A DNA stretch of 63,871 nucleotides, filler included, from Octopus bimaculoides (taxonomy: Eukaryota), in NCBI RefSeq assembly GCF_001194135.2. It is 7 parts of 5 records of this genome, joined end to end, with 100 filler letters (N's around TTAATTAATTAA, not from the genome) between each part and the next. Parts side by side here need not be neighbours in the genome. Positions count along the whole stretch, not along the records: positions 1 to 15,953 come from NC_068987.1; positions 16,054 to 20,299 come from NC_068981.1; positions 20,400 to 33,671 come from NC_069005.1; 4 more parts are not named here. One strand, 5' to 3'. Made by a program: the position numbers and the translations under genes. Under the pieces are notes generated by a model, which had not been told where the DNA came from, did not search any database, and worked only from the letters and a program-made list of their open reading frames with translations. Numbering within the stretch: position 1 is the stretch's first letter; each line of letters opens with the position of its first letter. This document shows positions 13,071 to 25,175 of this stretch, piece by piece.

Positions 13071-13184
<114 letters not shown>

Positions 13185-14546
13185 AAGAGGTTAGACAGAA
13201 AAAAAAAAAAATGTACTGATCCCCGAATGGGAAGACAAAAAATGTTGTTTATCATGCAGCTTTGCAATAAGTTCCAAGTCGACAAATTGTAGCATTGTTT
13301 TGATGAAAATTGTCCATTGCTTGAAAAATATTGGTCAAGTTTAATAAAATTTAATATGTACTCAATGCATGAAATGTCATTGTTGGGCCCAAGGCCCAAT
13401 GGAGAGCCCTCCACAGGAGCTAGCTTTTAAGCTAGTAAGCTATAAGTTAAACATACATCCAAAACTGCTGATATGCATTTGAATAAACCCTTATTTCCAG
13501 ACATAAACGTTTTGAAGAAAGCAATAATAAAAAAGAGATAGGACATTTTTTAATAATCAACAAATAAATTTTCCATATCCTAATTGTTAATTATAATTAG
13601 TTGAGGTGGTAAGGTCAAAAGAAATGATTTTATAAGTGCTTGAATGCTGTTGTTTAGCTCCAGGTCAACTCTTAGTGTGCAAACAAAGAACATTCCAGCT
13701 ATGATCAGCTCGTCTTTTATGGGTGATTCAAACTATATGGATCCTTCGTCATTTTATGACGGCAGGGTGTGTTTTAAGGGAGTCTTTATAGTGGGGGATA
13801 CAGTTGATAAGAATTTAGGTAATCACGGCAAGAGTAGAAAAATAGGGAAAAAGGTGCAACAACAATAAAATTGATCTTAAGTAAAGTAATCGAAGCACTT
13901 TATACTGATGAGATTCATTGATGAACAACTGATTAAGATCAATTAATTTTCATTTCGGGCTGGCATATAGTTTAGGGGTTAAAAAAATTAACTGGAAGTG
14001 ATGAATGATATACAGTAATTTCATGTAAACAATTTTTGACACAACCAAAGCATGGAACATGAATTGACAAGAACAACACTACTCCTCCCTTTGGTTCTTT
14101 CTGTACAGTTTAGTAGCCGAGCAGGATTTTTGTATTGCTCACATGTAGCTGTGTTGATTGTCATTCATTGACATGAAAGCCATTGAATTGCCTTCTCTCT
14201 GGTGTTTGTTGGAATGACGTACTTCATCTGCTTTTTTCTGAACTACTTAAGATATCACAAGAAGATACTATACAAGTGCCAGAGGACGCTGCATAATGAG
14301 GGAGTTTTATTAATGAAATTAAAGGATTTCACCAGTTCCCTTTATGGAATTATGGGATGTCAATGTCATCACTTCAAGTTAATTTGCTTTCATTTTTTAA
14401 ACCCTTAAACTGCATCTTAACTCTGTTTTGTTCTGCCCTTATTTCCCATTTACTCCAACTGTGTTATTTTTATCATGCACCAAGTGACTGTACTAAATAA
14501 CTTCTTTTGATTCACCATTTAAAAAAAAATTATTTTAACTACTATG

Positions 14547-14717
14547 GGCGCAGGAGTGGCTGTGTGGTAAGTAGCTTGCTTACCAACCACATGGATCCGG
14601 GTTCATTCTCACATCGTGGCACCTTGGGCAAGTGTCTTCTACTATAGCCTTGGGCTGACCAATGCCTTGTGAATGGATTTGGTAGACAGAAACTGAAGGA
14701 AGTCCGTTGTATATATG

Positions 14718-14794
<77 letters not shown>

Positions 14795-15000
14795 TTGTGT
14801 GCCTGTGTTTGTCCTTCCACCATCACTTGACAACCGATGCTGGTATGTTTATGTCCCCATAACCTAGCGGTTCGGCAAAAGTATTCGATAGAATAAGTAC
14901 TAGGCTTACAAAGGAATAAGTCCTGGGGTCGATTTGCTCGACTAAAGGTGGTGCTCCAGCATGGCTGCAGTCAAATGACTTAAACAAGTAAAAGAGTAAA
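14547..15000 (+). mobile_element. tRNA-derived SINE, family A (bipartite, central microsatellite); further full or partial copies at about 9050-9290, 25660-25765, 50670-50771, 53380-53553, 54330-54510, 55524-55606(-), 61634-61985, 61985-62150(-)
   Basis: A/B-box-like head, CCTTGGGCAAGT core, (TG)n, and tail ...GCGGTGCTCCAGCATGGCCGCAGTCAAATGACTGAAAC(AAGTAAAAG)n recurring across the window. Confidence 0.85.
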
Positions 15001-15997
15001 GCAGTTTTTATAAACTTCGAGGGAATGGAGTTTAAGAATGGGTTCGGGAAAGAATCAAAGAACCTGGTGCAAAAGAATGGTGACGTCTTTAAGATACTGA
15101 ACTGCTGCTGTTGGTTCTTACATCAACTGGTGATATACATGTCTGATAATTGGAATGTATTTCAAGTCACCACAGATCATCTAAAATGAAGGGAAGTAGG
15201 TGTTGGTTCCTAACCGGTTAAATTATTTACGACAAGCAAACATCCTGTCTAACATGGCGGTGGATTGACAGAATCATTAGAGTGTCAGATGCAATGACTG
15301 CATGACTTAAGTTACAGCATTTTTACGTTCTGAGTTCAAATCGCACTTTTATTCTTATTAGAGTCAATAAAATAAAGCACTATTCAAGAATTGAATTGAT
15401 TAGATATTCCTATAACGTATCTTTGACGTTAATGGAATTATAGAATACACATCTGTCTTTACTTAATGCTACAAAATCTGGAGGTGAGTGTATCTGAGAT
15501 TCATTAAACGATGACATTCTGGTGGATTCAGTTTTCAAGCCTCAAATTGACGACATGTTTATTGTGGGTAACTATCACAAAATATGTTACTTCTGACAGT
15601 TAGGTGTATTGATACAGAGTACTGATGAGACAACGAAACCCCTGCAATGGTTCTCAAATTAAAAAAAACCTAAAAAATAGATAAATAAAAAGTTGGTTGC
15701 CTTTGCATTTCTGCATGGATGTCAATCAACACCAGAAAAAGTGGAAATAAAACTACTTCTTTCTCTCATTTGCACCAATAGTAACAAGGAAATAATTACC
15801 TTTTCAATATTCAAAAGTAAGATTTGTAGATACTTTGGCGAAGGTAAAGAATACGCACACCACTAATTTTCGGCGTTTAGGGTTGGGGAAAGCACCCCCC
15901 CTCCACATTTTCTCACAAATTATTGTTTTCTTAAAATTTTTTTTGCCAAAACCNNNNNNNNNNNNNNNNNNNNNNNNNNNNNNNNNNNNNNNNNNNN

Positions 15998-16009
15998 TTA
16001 ATTAATTAA
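15998..16009. other. Artificial scaffold-join linker TTAATTAATTAA inside N-runs (also 20344-20355, 33716-33727, 46009-46020, 60055-60066, 62592-62603)
   Basis: Identical 12-mer with stops in all six frames, centred in short N-runs six times. Confidence 0.95.
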
Positions 16010-16053
16010 NNNNNNNNNNNNNNNNNNNNNNNNNNNNNNNNNNNNNNNNNNNN

Positions 16054-16378
16054 CACCTTACTGGCAGCATCTCTGTACATGGCTCGCACAGCTCTCACTA
16101 ACCATTCTTCTATCCCAAGTTTCCTCATTGACCACCAGATAAGGGATCGGGGGACCCTGTCAAAGGCTTTCTCCATGTCAACGAAAGCCAGGTACAGAGG
16201 TTTATCCTTAGCTAGGTATTTCTCCTGCAACTGTCTCACTAGAAATAAGGCATCAGTAGTGCTTTTACCTGGCACGAACCCAAACTGCATCTCATCTAAA
16301 TTGATTCGCTCCCTAATTAGTTGGGCTATGACCCTCTCTGTAACTTTCATAACCTGATCTAACAGCTTGATGCCTCTA
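16054..16378 (-). mobile_element. RTE LINE RT fragment
   Basis: YRGIKLLDQVMKVTERV...FVDMEKAFDRVPRSLIWW. Confidence 0.88.
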
Positions 16379-17237
16379 TATATATATATGCATGCACATG
16401 TGCATATATATGTGTAAGCTAGACAGACATGCTGAGACATAAATAGCTAGATAGGTAGGTAGGAAGATAGGTAAGTTCATTTGTTATAAAAAGAAATCTG
16501 TATTCGTGTTTAATTTTGAATAGTGTTGCAACTTTGGCTACTACTTATATACTGTAAATAGGACCACATATACATTGTGCATTGTATATCTGATTGAATG
16601 TTGAGTGAGTGGCAAGTGAGTGAGTACCAAGTAATTTTTCGCACTTCATGGTTGACTGAAAGAAAATGCAGACCACAAATTCCAGCTAGTACGTCAGCCA
16701 AAACTGTTCTGCTGCTACATGTCTCTTGTTCTTATTAGTCTGCAGTTAGGTATACTTAGTGGTAGTGTTGTGCATTATAGCAATTATCATAGTAGTGGTT
16801 ACTGGTACTTGTTGCAGAGTTTGTGATCAAGTGGTGTTTGTGGTGGTTGTGCTGGTTATTTCAAAGCAGACAGTACTCATCAGATATATTTTAGCAAACT
16901 TCATTGCAACACAATGATGCTTGTAGTGTGGTTGTTTGTATGGTGCATGTTGTGTTACAGTTGGTGTATGTTAATATTTATGGAGTTGCGGTTCAGCCTC
17001 TGATCAACCCTGAATGAACAGACATATGATTAAATGCATTCCATCTATGTCTGTCATATCTAATCTTTTTTTATTTTTCAAACAATGAACCATCTTATTC
17101 ATTGTGCTCACGTTTTAAAGACAGATGTCGTGTGTAATTTGTGAGGGATTTAGTTGTGATTTCTAGCAATTTGTGCAACCATGTTGATGATCCATCCTTC
17201 AGTGACTTGATAGATTCTATTAGTCACCATTACACCA

Positions 17238-18110
17238 TACAAGGTGTTCAGGTGTAATTTGATGGTTCGCATTAAAAGAAAAGAAAACACAATATTCCAT
17301 TAAAAAATAAAAGTATTAAAAAAAAACTGAAAATATCATCTAGATTATGGTTGGGAGATAACAGTTTACTCAAAGTAGCTTCCTTCAGCTTCAACCACAA
17401 CCTTAAGATGGGTTTGGAACCTGGCACATGTCTTCCTGGGAAGATCTTTAAATACCTCTTTGATCTTGGCTACCAGCTTGGCCCTATTGATGCAGGTAGT
17501 GTTTTTCTCAACTGCACCCCACACAGAGTAATCTATGGGATTACAATTGGGGGAATTAGGAGGCCAGAAATTGGGGCTGGTGAAGTTGTAGAAATTTTCC
17601 AACAACCGCTTCTGACTCTTTCTGGAGATATGGCAAGGAACTGAATCCTAATGTTACACATGGCCTTCCAACAGCAACATGCTCCAACCAGGGTTTGAAT
17701 GTGCAACAGCTTCACGTAGCTGCCTCAACTGAGCCTAAGGCCTTATTCAAAGGTGTGGGGTAGCATGACATAACCCTCACCAAAGACTGTCACTTTCCTG
17801 TTGTCCATGTCTTTGTAGTTTCCATTGCAGCTGTCCATGTCATGTCTTACAGCCTTTACAGTGTTCACAAAATATTGAGTAGCAGTCATGATGTCAGCAT
17901 TTTGATACCCAGCATAAATTATTATGATACAGGTAACTCTTTTCCAATATTTAGATGGCTTCCAGTCATGCATGTCAGCTAACTTTTCTTCGACTACAAC
18001 TGTAATCTTTATGCTTTCTAATGCCATTGCCTGTTCAACAATATTTCAAGTTGTTCCTGAGAAAGGAAGACATAAATATATTGTTTGATTTAGCCCAAAC
18101 ACCCGGTACA
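17238..18110 (-). mobile_element. Tc1-like transposon remnant
   Basis: SPNFWPPNSPNCNPIDYSVWGAVEK resembles the WPPNSPDLNP catalytic-E region. TA-CAAGGTGTTC terminus near 17238. Confidence 0.75.
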
Positions 18111-19123
18111 CTGTAAATAGTATAGTGTTGTGTAACAGTTATATATATTATGTAGAATGTAGAGTGGCAGTGAATGCATGTTGAAATATGTAGAATACCT
18201 TTAGCTATATATATATGTAATGTGCTGGTATTGTGTGACTGCATGGTGGAGGTCTAGTGTGATGTTTTGGAGATGTTGTGTGGCAGTAAGTGTATGTTAT
18301 GTCACTGTGTGTTGTATGATGCAGTAGTATGTAAATTAGTGTTTGTTGTGGAGGAGAACATGTGGTTGTCACTGTATGTTATGTGAAACTTTAATGTGAC
18401 AGTCAGTGTATGTTGTGAGATGTGTGACAGTCACACATTCATGTGGAGGCATGACAAGTGTTTTATAATGTGTGTAGGTTTAATGTGATGGTCAGTGCAT
18501 GTTTTGTGATTGCATAAACTGGTTATGAATGTATGTTAAGTGGTGGTATGTTATGATGTTCACTATACGCTGTGTGGTATGTGACAATCACTATATTTTG
18601 TTTGGTAGTGTAGTGTGACAGTTACCATCTGTTATGCCATGTAATGTGACAGTCACTGTAAGTTCTGCTGCTGTGTGTTACAACTGAAAGCATATGTTGT
18701 GTGATGGTGTAGTGATTGTATATGAGGTGTAATGTGTTGAGTAGAATATGTACAATGGAATTTTAGTGTCAATCAGTGAATCAGTATAGGTTTGTGGGAA
18801 GTAGTATTGCAACAGTCAGTGTATGCTGTAGTATAGAAGAGTGCGTCATGTGCAATGTGTAGACTGTAATGTAACACTCAGTGTATACAGGGTGAGATAT
18901 TGTGTAAAAACCAATGTGTGATGTGTGGAGGTGTAGCGTCACATTCAGTGAATTGCATTGTAATGTAAGTATTTGAAAATTCTTGCTATCACACCTTGAT
19001 TCATTGTCTTGAACAAAGAAGTAGTCTTGAAGATATATCCTATTCTCATATTATCAGGAAGTTCATTAAATTTCACTGTGTCACTTGGTGTATTGTCTTA
19101 AACTTAGTACTTTGTTGGAAATA

Positions 19124-19385
19124 TTATGCCCACGGGCATATGGCGTAGTGGTTAAGAGTGTGGGCTACTAACCCCATGATTCCAAGTTCGATTCCAGGCA
19201 GTGACTTGAATAATAATAATAATAATAATAATAACAACAACAACATCGAAAAATACCTTAGGAATGAGAACCCAGGTTCGAAATTTCCCCAAGACACCTG
19301 AAGCCTGGAGGGTATATCTGCCAAAACGTGTTAACAACAAACAAGATGAGGATAAATATCCATCAATTGTAAATAATGTATATTA
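19124..19385 (+). mobile_element. Second copy of the tRNA-head/hammerhead-module element (more degenerate)
   Basis: Colinear with 3806-4060: A box 19141-19151, B box 19185-19195, (TAA)n, and decayed hammerhead 19293-19332. Confidence 0.75.
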
Positions 19386-19399
19386 TGTTAGGCACTGTA

Positions 19400-19990
19400 G
19401 CTTTCACTAGCAGGACCAAAAAATATTTATAAACCATTCTTTGAAAAGATTCATAGTCATCTATGCCATCTTAACAATTGACAAATCAGATGTGTTTTCA
19501 GTGTGACTCGCCAGTAGGGGCTTAATTTCATATCACTAGAGGCATTTCCTCCTAGAAGATATCTTGAGAAATAAAAGCTCTAGCTGGCTGGGCATCCAGA
19601 AAAATTCAGTTTCATCAACATTGTGTACTCTCTTTAGCAATCATGTTTTTCAGTTGCACTGGATAAGAAACAGTCCTTGTATCAACACCAGCTGCTTCAC
19701 CAGTTATATTTATGTTGTGTAAACTCAAGCATTTTTTAAACCTTTCAAACAAACCTTTCCTAGACAAAATAGGTTTTTCATAAGAAGTTTCCCTTCCATT
19801 TTCTACAGCTCATCATACAAACATTTGGCATTTTGTTTTTAATTACTATTGTGCTTATTAGCATATTACATTGAATCTGATCCTCAATCCATAAATTCTT
19901 GAAAATTATCCTGGTTTCCATAAGGATGGAATTATAAACCACATCCCAAAATTAGTGGTCATACTTTACAATTTCTGTAAGTGAAGTCCT
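19400..19990 (-). mobile_element. Tigger/pogo (CENP-B-type) transposase remnant
   Basis: WIEDQIQ...KCLYDEL...SRKGLFERFKKCLSLHNINITGEAAGVD...DET.FFW...GGNAS.DMKLSPLL, frameshifted. Confidence 0.8.
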
Positions 19991-20019
19991 GTGATTTAAG
20001 GTTTTATAAATATATATAT

Positions 20020-20299
20020 ACTAGCAGAAACACCCGGCGTTGCCCGGGTTAAAGAGAATAATGAAATCTAAAAACGCCGTCTAGACTACGCATCATCTTT
20101 ATATATAGAGATGTATATACACACACGCACCCAAACACACGTATATATATGTATATCAATATAAATATATGAAAGTCAATGAAGTTTCGTAAAAGAAGGT
20201 GATCATGTACATAATTTCTTGCTGTTGTGATTATAACACCTCATTGTAAACTATGTTCCTTGTTTTCCCTTATGGAGCATATACAAATAGGTTTTTTGT
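20020..20299 (-). mobile_element. Inverted second copy of the Helitron 3' end
   Basis: Reverse complement of about 20460-20740 with at least three substitutions. Ends in CTAGT at 20020. Confidence 0.85.
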
Positions 20300-20399
20300 N
20301 NNNNNNNNNNNNNNNNNNNNNNNNNNNNNNNNNNNNNNNNNNNTTAATTAATTAANNNNNNNNNNNNNNNNNNNNNNNNNNNNNNNNNNNNNNNNNNNN

Positions 20400-20740
20400 G
20401 GAAGAGCCCTGCTTCTCACATGGACAACTGTATGTTGGCTGCTCAAGAGTGGGTAGCAAAAAAAAAAACCTATTTGTATATGCTCCACAAGGGAAAACAA
20501 GGAACATAGTTTACAACGAGGTGTTATAATCACAACAGCAAGAAAGTATGTACATGATCACCTTCTTTTACGAAACTTCATTGACTTTCATATATTTATA
20601 TTGATATACATATATATACGTGTGTTTGGGTGCGTGTGTGTATATACATCTCTATATATAAAGATGATGCGTAGTCTAGACGGCGTTTTTAGATTTCATT
20701 ATTCTCTTTAACCCGGGCAACGCCGGGTATTTCTGCTAGT
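20400..20740 (+). mobile_element. Helitron 3' end: PIF1-type helicase C-terminus, terminal hairpin and CTAG-T
   Basis: EPCFSHGQLYVGCSRVGS...TRNIVYNEVL, hairpin ACCCGG-gcaacg-CCGGGT (20711-20728) and CTAG at 20736-20739. Confidence 0.9.
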
Positions 20741-20799
20741 TTTGAATAAATATAAGATTAAATAAATTGAGTTATACGCATGTGTGAAATGATTTCTTT

Positions 20800-20893
20800 T
20801 ATTTCCGACATATGTTTCGAAGATTACAAAATTGGTTCATTCCAAAGGAATGAGTGATGTTGAGAAAGACGTAATCTTCTCTTCAGGGAAATA
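20800..20893 (-). ncRNA. Type I hammerhead ribozyme (Penelope-associated) with complete catalytic core
   Basis: Minus strand reads TATTTCC-CTGAAGA-GAAGATTAC-(43 nt)-GTAATCTTC-GAAA-CATATG-TC-GGAAATA. Stem I is 7 bp, stem II is 9 bp, stem III is the palindrome ACATATGT, and the cleavage triplet is GUC (cut between 20807 and 20806). Confidence 0.88.
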
Positions 20894-20899
20894 CATAAA

Positions 20900-21187
20900 A
20901 ATCAACCCAACCGTAAGACATTATTACCGAATGTGACAACTACGAGTAGAGAAGAATGCTACATAACTTATTCGAAAAAAACCGTTGGAAAATGCAACGC
21001 TACAAGACAGTACATTGGACTAGGAAGGAAGAAAATGAGGAAAAAAGAGAAAATTAGGATCTGGAGTGGAAAGTAAATAGAATGATTTTAAACCAGAATA
21101 AAATTGAGAGAAAAGTATTTTATGTGTAATAGAAATGTAAAAGGGAAATAATCGTGTATTTATACTTGTAGCATTGATATATATGTG

Positions 21188-21229
<42 letters not shown>

Positions 21230-23800
21230 CACACACGATAAACGTATGGTAATAAAGATAATGGTAACCTTATTTATTTAGGAAAATGACGCTTGTATGT
21301 ACTAGTAAGAGATCAAGTGTTTAACAAGATGATGAATGCTCTGTTGATCTAAAGAGAGAGAGAGTGAGAGAGAGAGAGTGTGTGTTATTAAATGAAATGG
21401 AAATTAGAAGGGGAAAGTTAAAGAATTAATGGAGTTAAAAAATTACTTGTTTGAACTAAGTTAATATTCGTACCAAAATTTACTTCGATATCCACGCTCG
21501 ATAGGCGTTGATGCAAGGATATACTAATGAAGAAAATAAAGTAAAGGGATTTATTTTGTGTAGAGCAGTATGTTATGCGTAATAAAGTAGGGAAAAAAAT
21601 ATGTTTATATATTTTTTTGAAGGGAGATGGATGTAAGCAGGAGCAATGAAATCAAAAGTATAAAGTTATGGAGACACATCGTATTGATCATTGTTGAAAG
21701 TAATGTTGATGTTATGTTATATTGAAAGTGATGTTTAAGTTCATGTAATATAGAAGTGCTGGATGTCCTAATTTGGATTCAAAAGATAGAAAGTGTTCAG
21801 ATAACATATAATGGTATAATTAACTAGTATAGCTTGAAGTATGTAAATAAATAAATAAAAAGGTAAGTTGTACCAGTTATATAAATTTATAGGAGTTACT
21901 TATATGAACTAAATGTGCGTCTTTGCCAATGTTTACATCTATATGCTCGTTCAATAATCGTATTAACCAGTTTATTCTTCGAGAATTAAATGAAGAACAG
22001 TTCCATATTACATAACGGGCAAAATTCCTTACCTTTATCGTATGTTATTAATGTAGAGAGAATTAACCAGTCTAAATTAAATTGCTTATTGTTATCCTTA
22101 AGTTCCCAAATTAACTTACCAAGACCCGTGCTGTTGCGTTTATTTCTATCCCTAAATGTAGAATAATGGTTTGAAACTCTTTTAGATATCTGCGAAGATG
22201 AGCAACCAATGTAAAAAGATACATCGGTAGAGGTGGTGACTTTACATTGATATACAGTGTTCTTGGATTTCGCATTTTCACTTAAAAATCTAATTCTGTT
22301 GTTATTAACTTCCGAAATAATAATGTTGTTGTAATTATTATTATTATATTTCTTATTATAATTATTGTTATTTAGGTTATTATCTGTGTTGTTATTGTTA
22401 TAATGGTGATGGTTTTATTGTCGGAATTAATGTTATTGCTATCAGTATCTTGATACGAATTTAATAGTTTCATATTATGTGTAGATATTATTTGCGAGAT
22501 ATTTTTTGTGTTTGAAAATCCTAATTTAACCTTATGTGTGTTTATGACTGGGAAATAGTGAGAATTTCTTGGAAAATTCTTATTAACAGCATTTCGGAAC
22601 TGCAAAACTAGATTGGATTTAATCTGTTTTCCAAATGGAATAATGAACCAGATATTTTTATCAGATCCAGGTTTTGTGTGGGTGTTATTATTTCTAAAAA
22701 ACTTCAATTTACCATTATTATTAAAAAAGGGTTTTAAGTATCGATTACCTCCCCTATTATGTAAAAAAGCGTTTGTCTGTATATTATTGTCAACAAGGTT
22801 ATAATGAGGACAATCATTGTATTTATTGTTACCACCAATTTTAATGTCTTTATTTTCATAGGTAGAAAAATCGTTAGTAGAATTAATGTATCTGACCTTT
22901 TCTTTATATCCTGCTTTTAGTAAGGCAGAGTTATAAAAGTCAGCCTCTTTGCTGAAAATATTTATATTTGCAGATAGCTTTGACAATCTAAGTGATATGT
23001 TCCTAACTAAATTTCTGGTTACCGTTCTAGGATGATTGCTAAACTGGCTAATATACTTAAGATTAGAGGGGGGTTTATGGTAAGGGAGGTATGTTTTGGT
23101 GTGTAAGTCTAGAGTAACATCAAGGAAATTGGCTATGGAGATTTCATCCTCAAAAATGATGCCAAAACCTATTCTCCGGAAAAACCTGACTAATCTATTC
23201 TTAAATTTTGTAGTTGTTGGTTTGTGGCATTTTGGAGATAGAGCAAAGAATCATCTCGGTATAGACCTCCCCTAATAGTTGGGAATTGGTCTGCCATCTC
23301 ATAGAGAATATATGCGCAGACCAAGTCGGCTATCTGTGCTGAGTCGGAACTTCCCATAGGCACGTCAAAACCATCGGGAGTATCCTTGCGTGTCCAGAGT
23401 TTATTGTTAAATTTAATTATAAATTTCCTAGCTGCTAAAACAACATCAATCTCTTCTCTAGAAAGACCTGCCTTATTATGAGCAAACCAGAGTGCCTTAT
23501 TGAGTATAATGGGGTTAATTGAAGAATAGAAGTTGAAGATATCTAACTGGATAAATTTGGTGTTATGCTTATCATTAATGTTACTAAACCAATCTACTAC
23601 CTGGGATGAATTGGACCATAAACTAAGTTTTAATCTTTTCACTAAAGTAGGTATATATTTGTCTAGTATGTTTTTGCTAAGAACACCTATGTCCAATTTA
23701 GTTGGGCAGATAAGACGTAATTTGGGGCTACTCCATATACCTAGCTGATATTCTAATAAACGATATGTTAATAGTATAACGTTTAAATTTTAGTTTAAAC
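20900..23800 (-). mobile_element. Penelope-like retroelement, 5'-truncated and frameshifted (RT + Asn-rich linker + GIY-YIG endonuclease + AT-rich 3' region)
   Basis: RT motifs FIQLDIFNFYSSI, VPMGSSDSAQIADLV, GGLYRDDSLLYL and NFLDVTLDL...YLPYHKP. Endonuclease NTVYQCKV...FYIGCSS...RVSNHYSTF...LIWELKD at about 22000-22270. Confidence 0.92.
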
Positions 23801-24515
23801 TAAAGCTTCGATAAGATAAGTATTGCCTTTATTTTCAATAATATCGTTAAATATTTTTCTTTTATTTATTGATAAAATAAGTACTTTTACTTATTGATAA
23901 AATAAGTATTTTTATATAAATTCATTTGTTATTTACTCTTGGTTGATATATATACATTCATTTTATTATTACTATTGTTGTATTTTGACCCAAAGATTAG
24001 CTATATTTTTGAATAGAATTGTTGTTCGATCGATTTATTTTAAGCCATTTTATTTTATTTTATTTTCTATTTGAAAATTTGGTTATGAAACACGTGTAGT
24101 CGTTTTATTATTTTAATAATTGTTACTTTGTATTTTATTATAGTTCTTTTTAGTGTATTTACTTATAAAATTTTTCTATATGTGACTGTGGATTTTCATG
24201 GATGATTTCAAGAACTGTGGTTCTTTTCTCTAAATTATATATTTATATATTATATACTGTGAAACTTAATTTAATTTTAATTTTTGATAAATTAAATTAA
24301 ATTAAATTGAGCTTCTGCCTGTAAATTTGGATTTTTATCCCTAATATATTACACACACACTCTTTCTCACTCTCTTTCTCTCTTACACACACCATCGCAN
24401 NNNNNNNNNNNNNNNNNNNNNNNNNNNNNNNNNNNNNNNNNNNNNNNNNNNNNNNNNNNNNNNNNNNNNNNNNNNNNNNNNNNNNNNNNNNNNNNNNNNN
24501 NNNNNNNNNNNNNNN

Positions 24516-24550
<35 letters not shown>

Positions 24551-24559
24551 CATTTCATA

Positions 24560-25175
24560 TAGACGTACATAACTCTTTCACTTTCTTTCTCTGTTCTTTT
24601 CGCTTTCGCTTCTTTCTATTTCTGCTCTCGTCAAATAAATTTTTTTCGGATACAACTGCTAACAAAAATAGGGATTAATGTATAATTTCTTTCTATGCCA
24701 TAATTGTTTGTTTACAATGTTGAAAAAAAAAATATGCCACCAAAGAAAAAACCTAATCTCTCCAGAAACAAGTATAAAACAAGGAGGACTGTAGAAAACC
24801 GAAGGCGAAAGTCTGAAGAGAGAAGCGAGATGAGATTTTCTCAAGATCAGCAAATGCACGTTGCAGCACTTAATGCTGGATCATTAATCAATGTTTTAAT
24901 GATTAGACATAGGTCCAATAGTATAGCTCTCAGAAACAGACTACGTACAAATTCGTTCTTCACAACACTTGAAGCTGTTTTCAGATATGATCCATCCCAT
25001 TCTTATAAAAATAATAACTCTGTCCAAATTGGTGTGCTAAACACAAATTGTCGTTTCTGTAGAGCTTTAAAATTTCAAAATGAAACAAATGGTATATGCT
25101 GCTCAGGCGGTCAGGTACCATTGCCAGCACTACCGGCTCCTTCTCAACCTCTTATGGATCTTCTAGAAGGCACTT
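24560..25175 (+). mobile_element. Helitron Rep-helicase N-terminal fragment
   Basis: FRYDPSHSY...VQIG...CRFCRALKFQNETNGICCSGGQVPLPALPAPSQPLMDLL, the typical Helitron N-terminal Cys-rich motif. Truncated after about 25170. Confidence 0.85.

Noticed and set aside
13660-13770. Possible plus-strand exon (SRSTLSVQTKNIPAM...), also 15443-15482 with a gtgagt donor
   Set aside because: Weak splice context or no recognisable homology, and no partner exons.
15617-15655. CTGATGA-GACAAC-GAAA hammerhead-like string
   Set aside because: Stem II is a single pair and stem I cannot form in register.
15998-16009. Recurrent TTAATTAATTAA motif (six copies)
   Set aside because: Always centred in N-runs with stops in all frames; a scaffolding linker, not biology.
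19135-19200. tRNA gene call for the A/B-box sequences (also 3990-4045, 14547-14620 and 36909-36975)
   Set aside because: No complete cloverleaf or acceptor stem, and each continues into repeat body; these are SINE heads.
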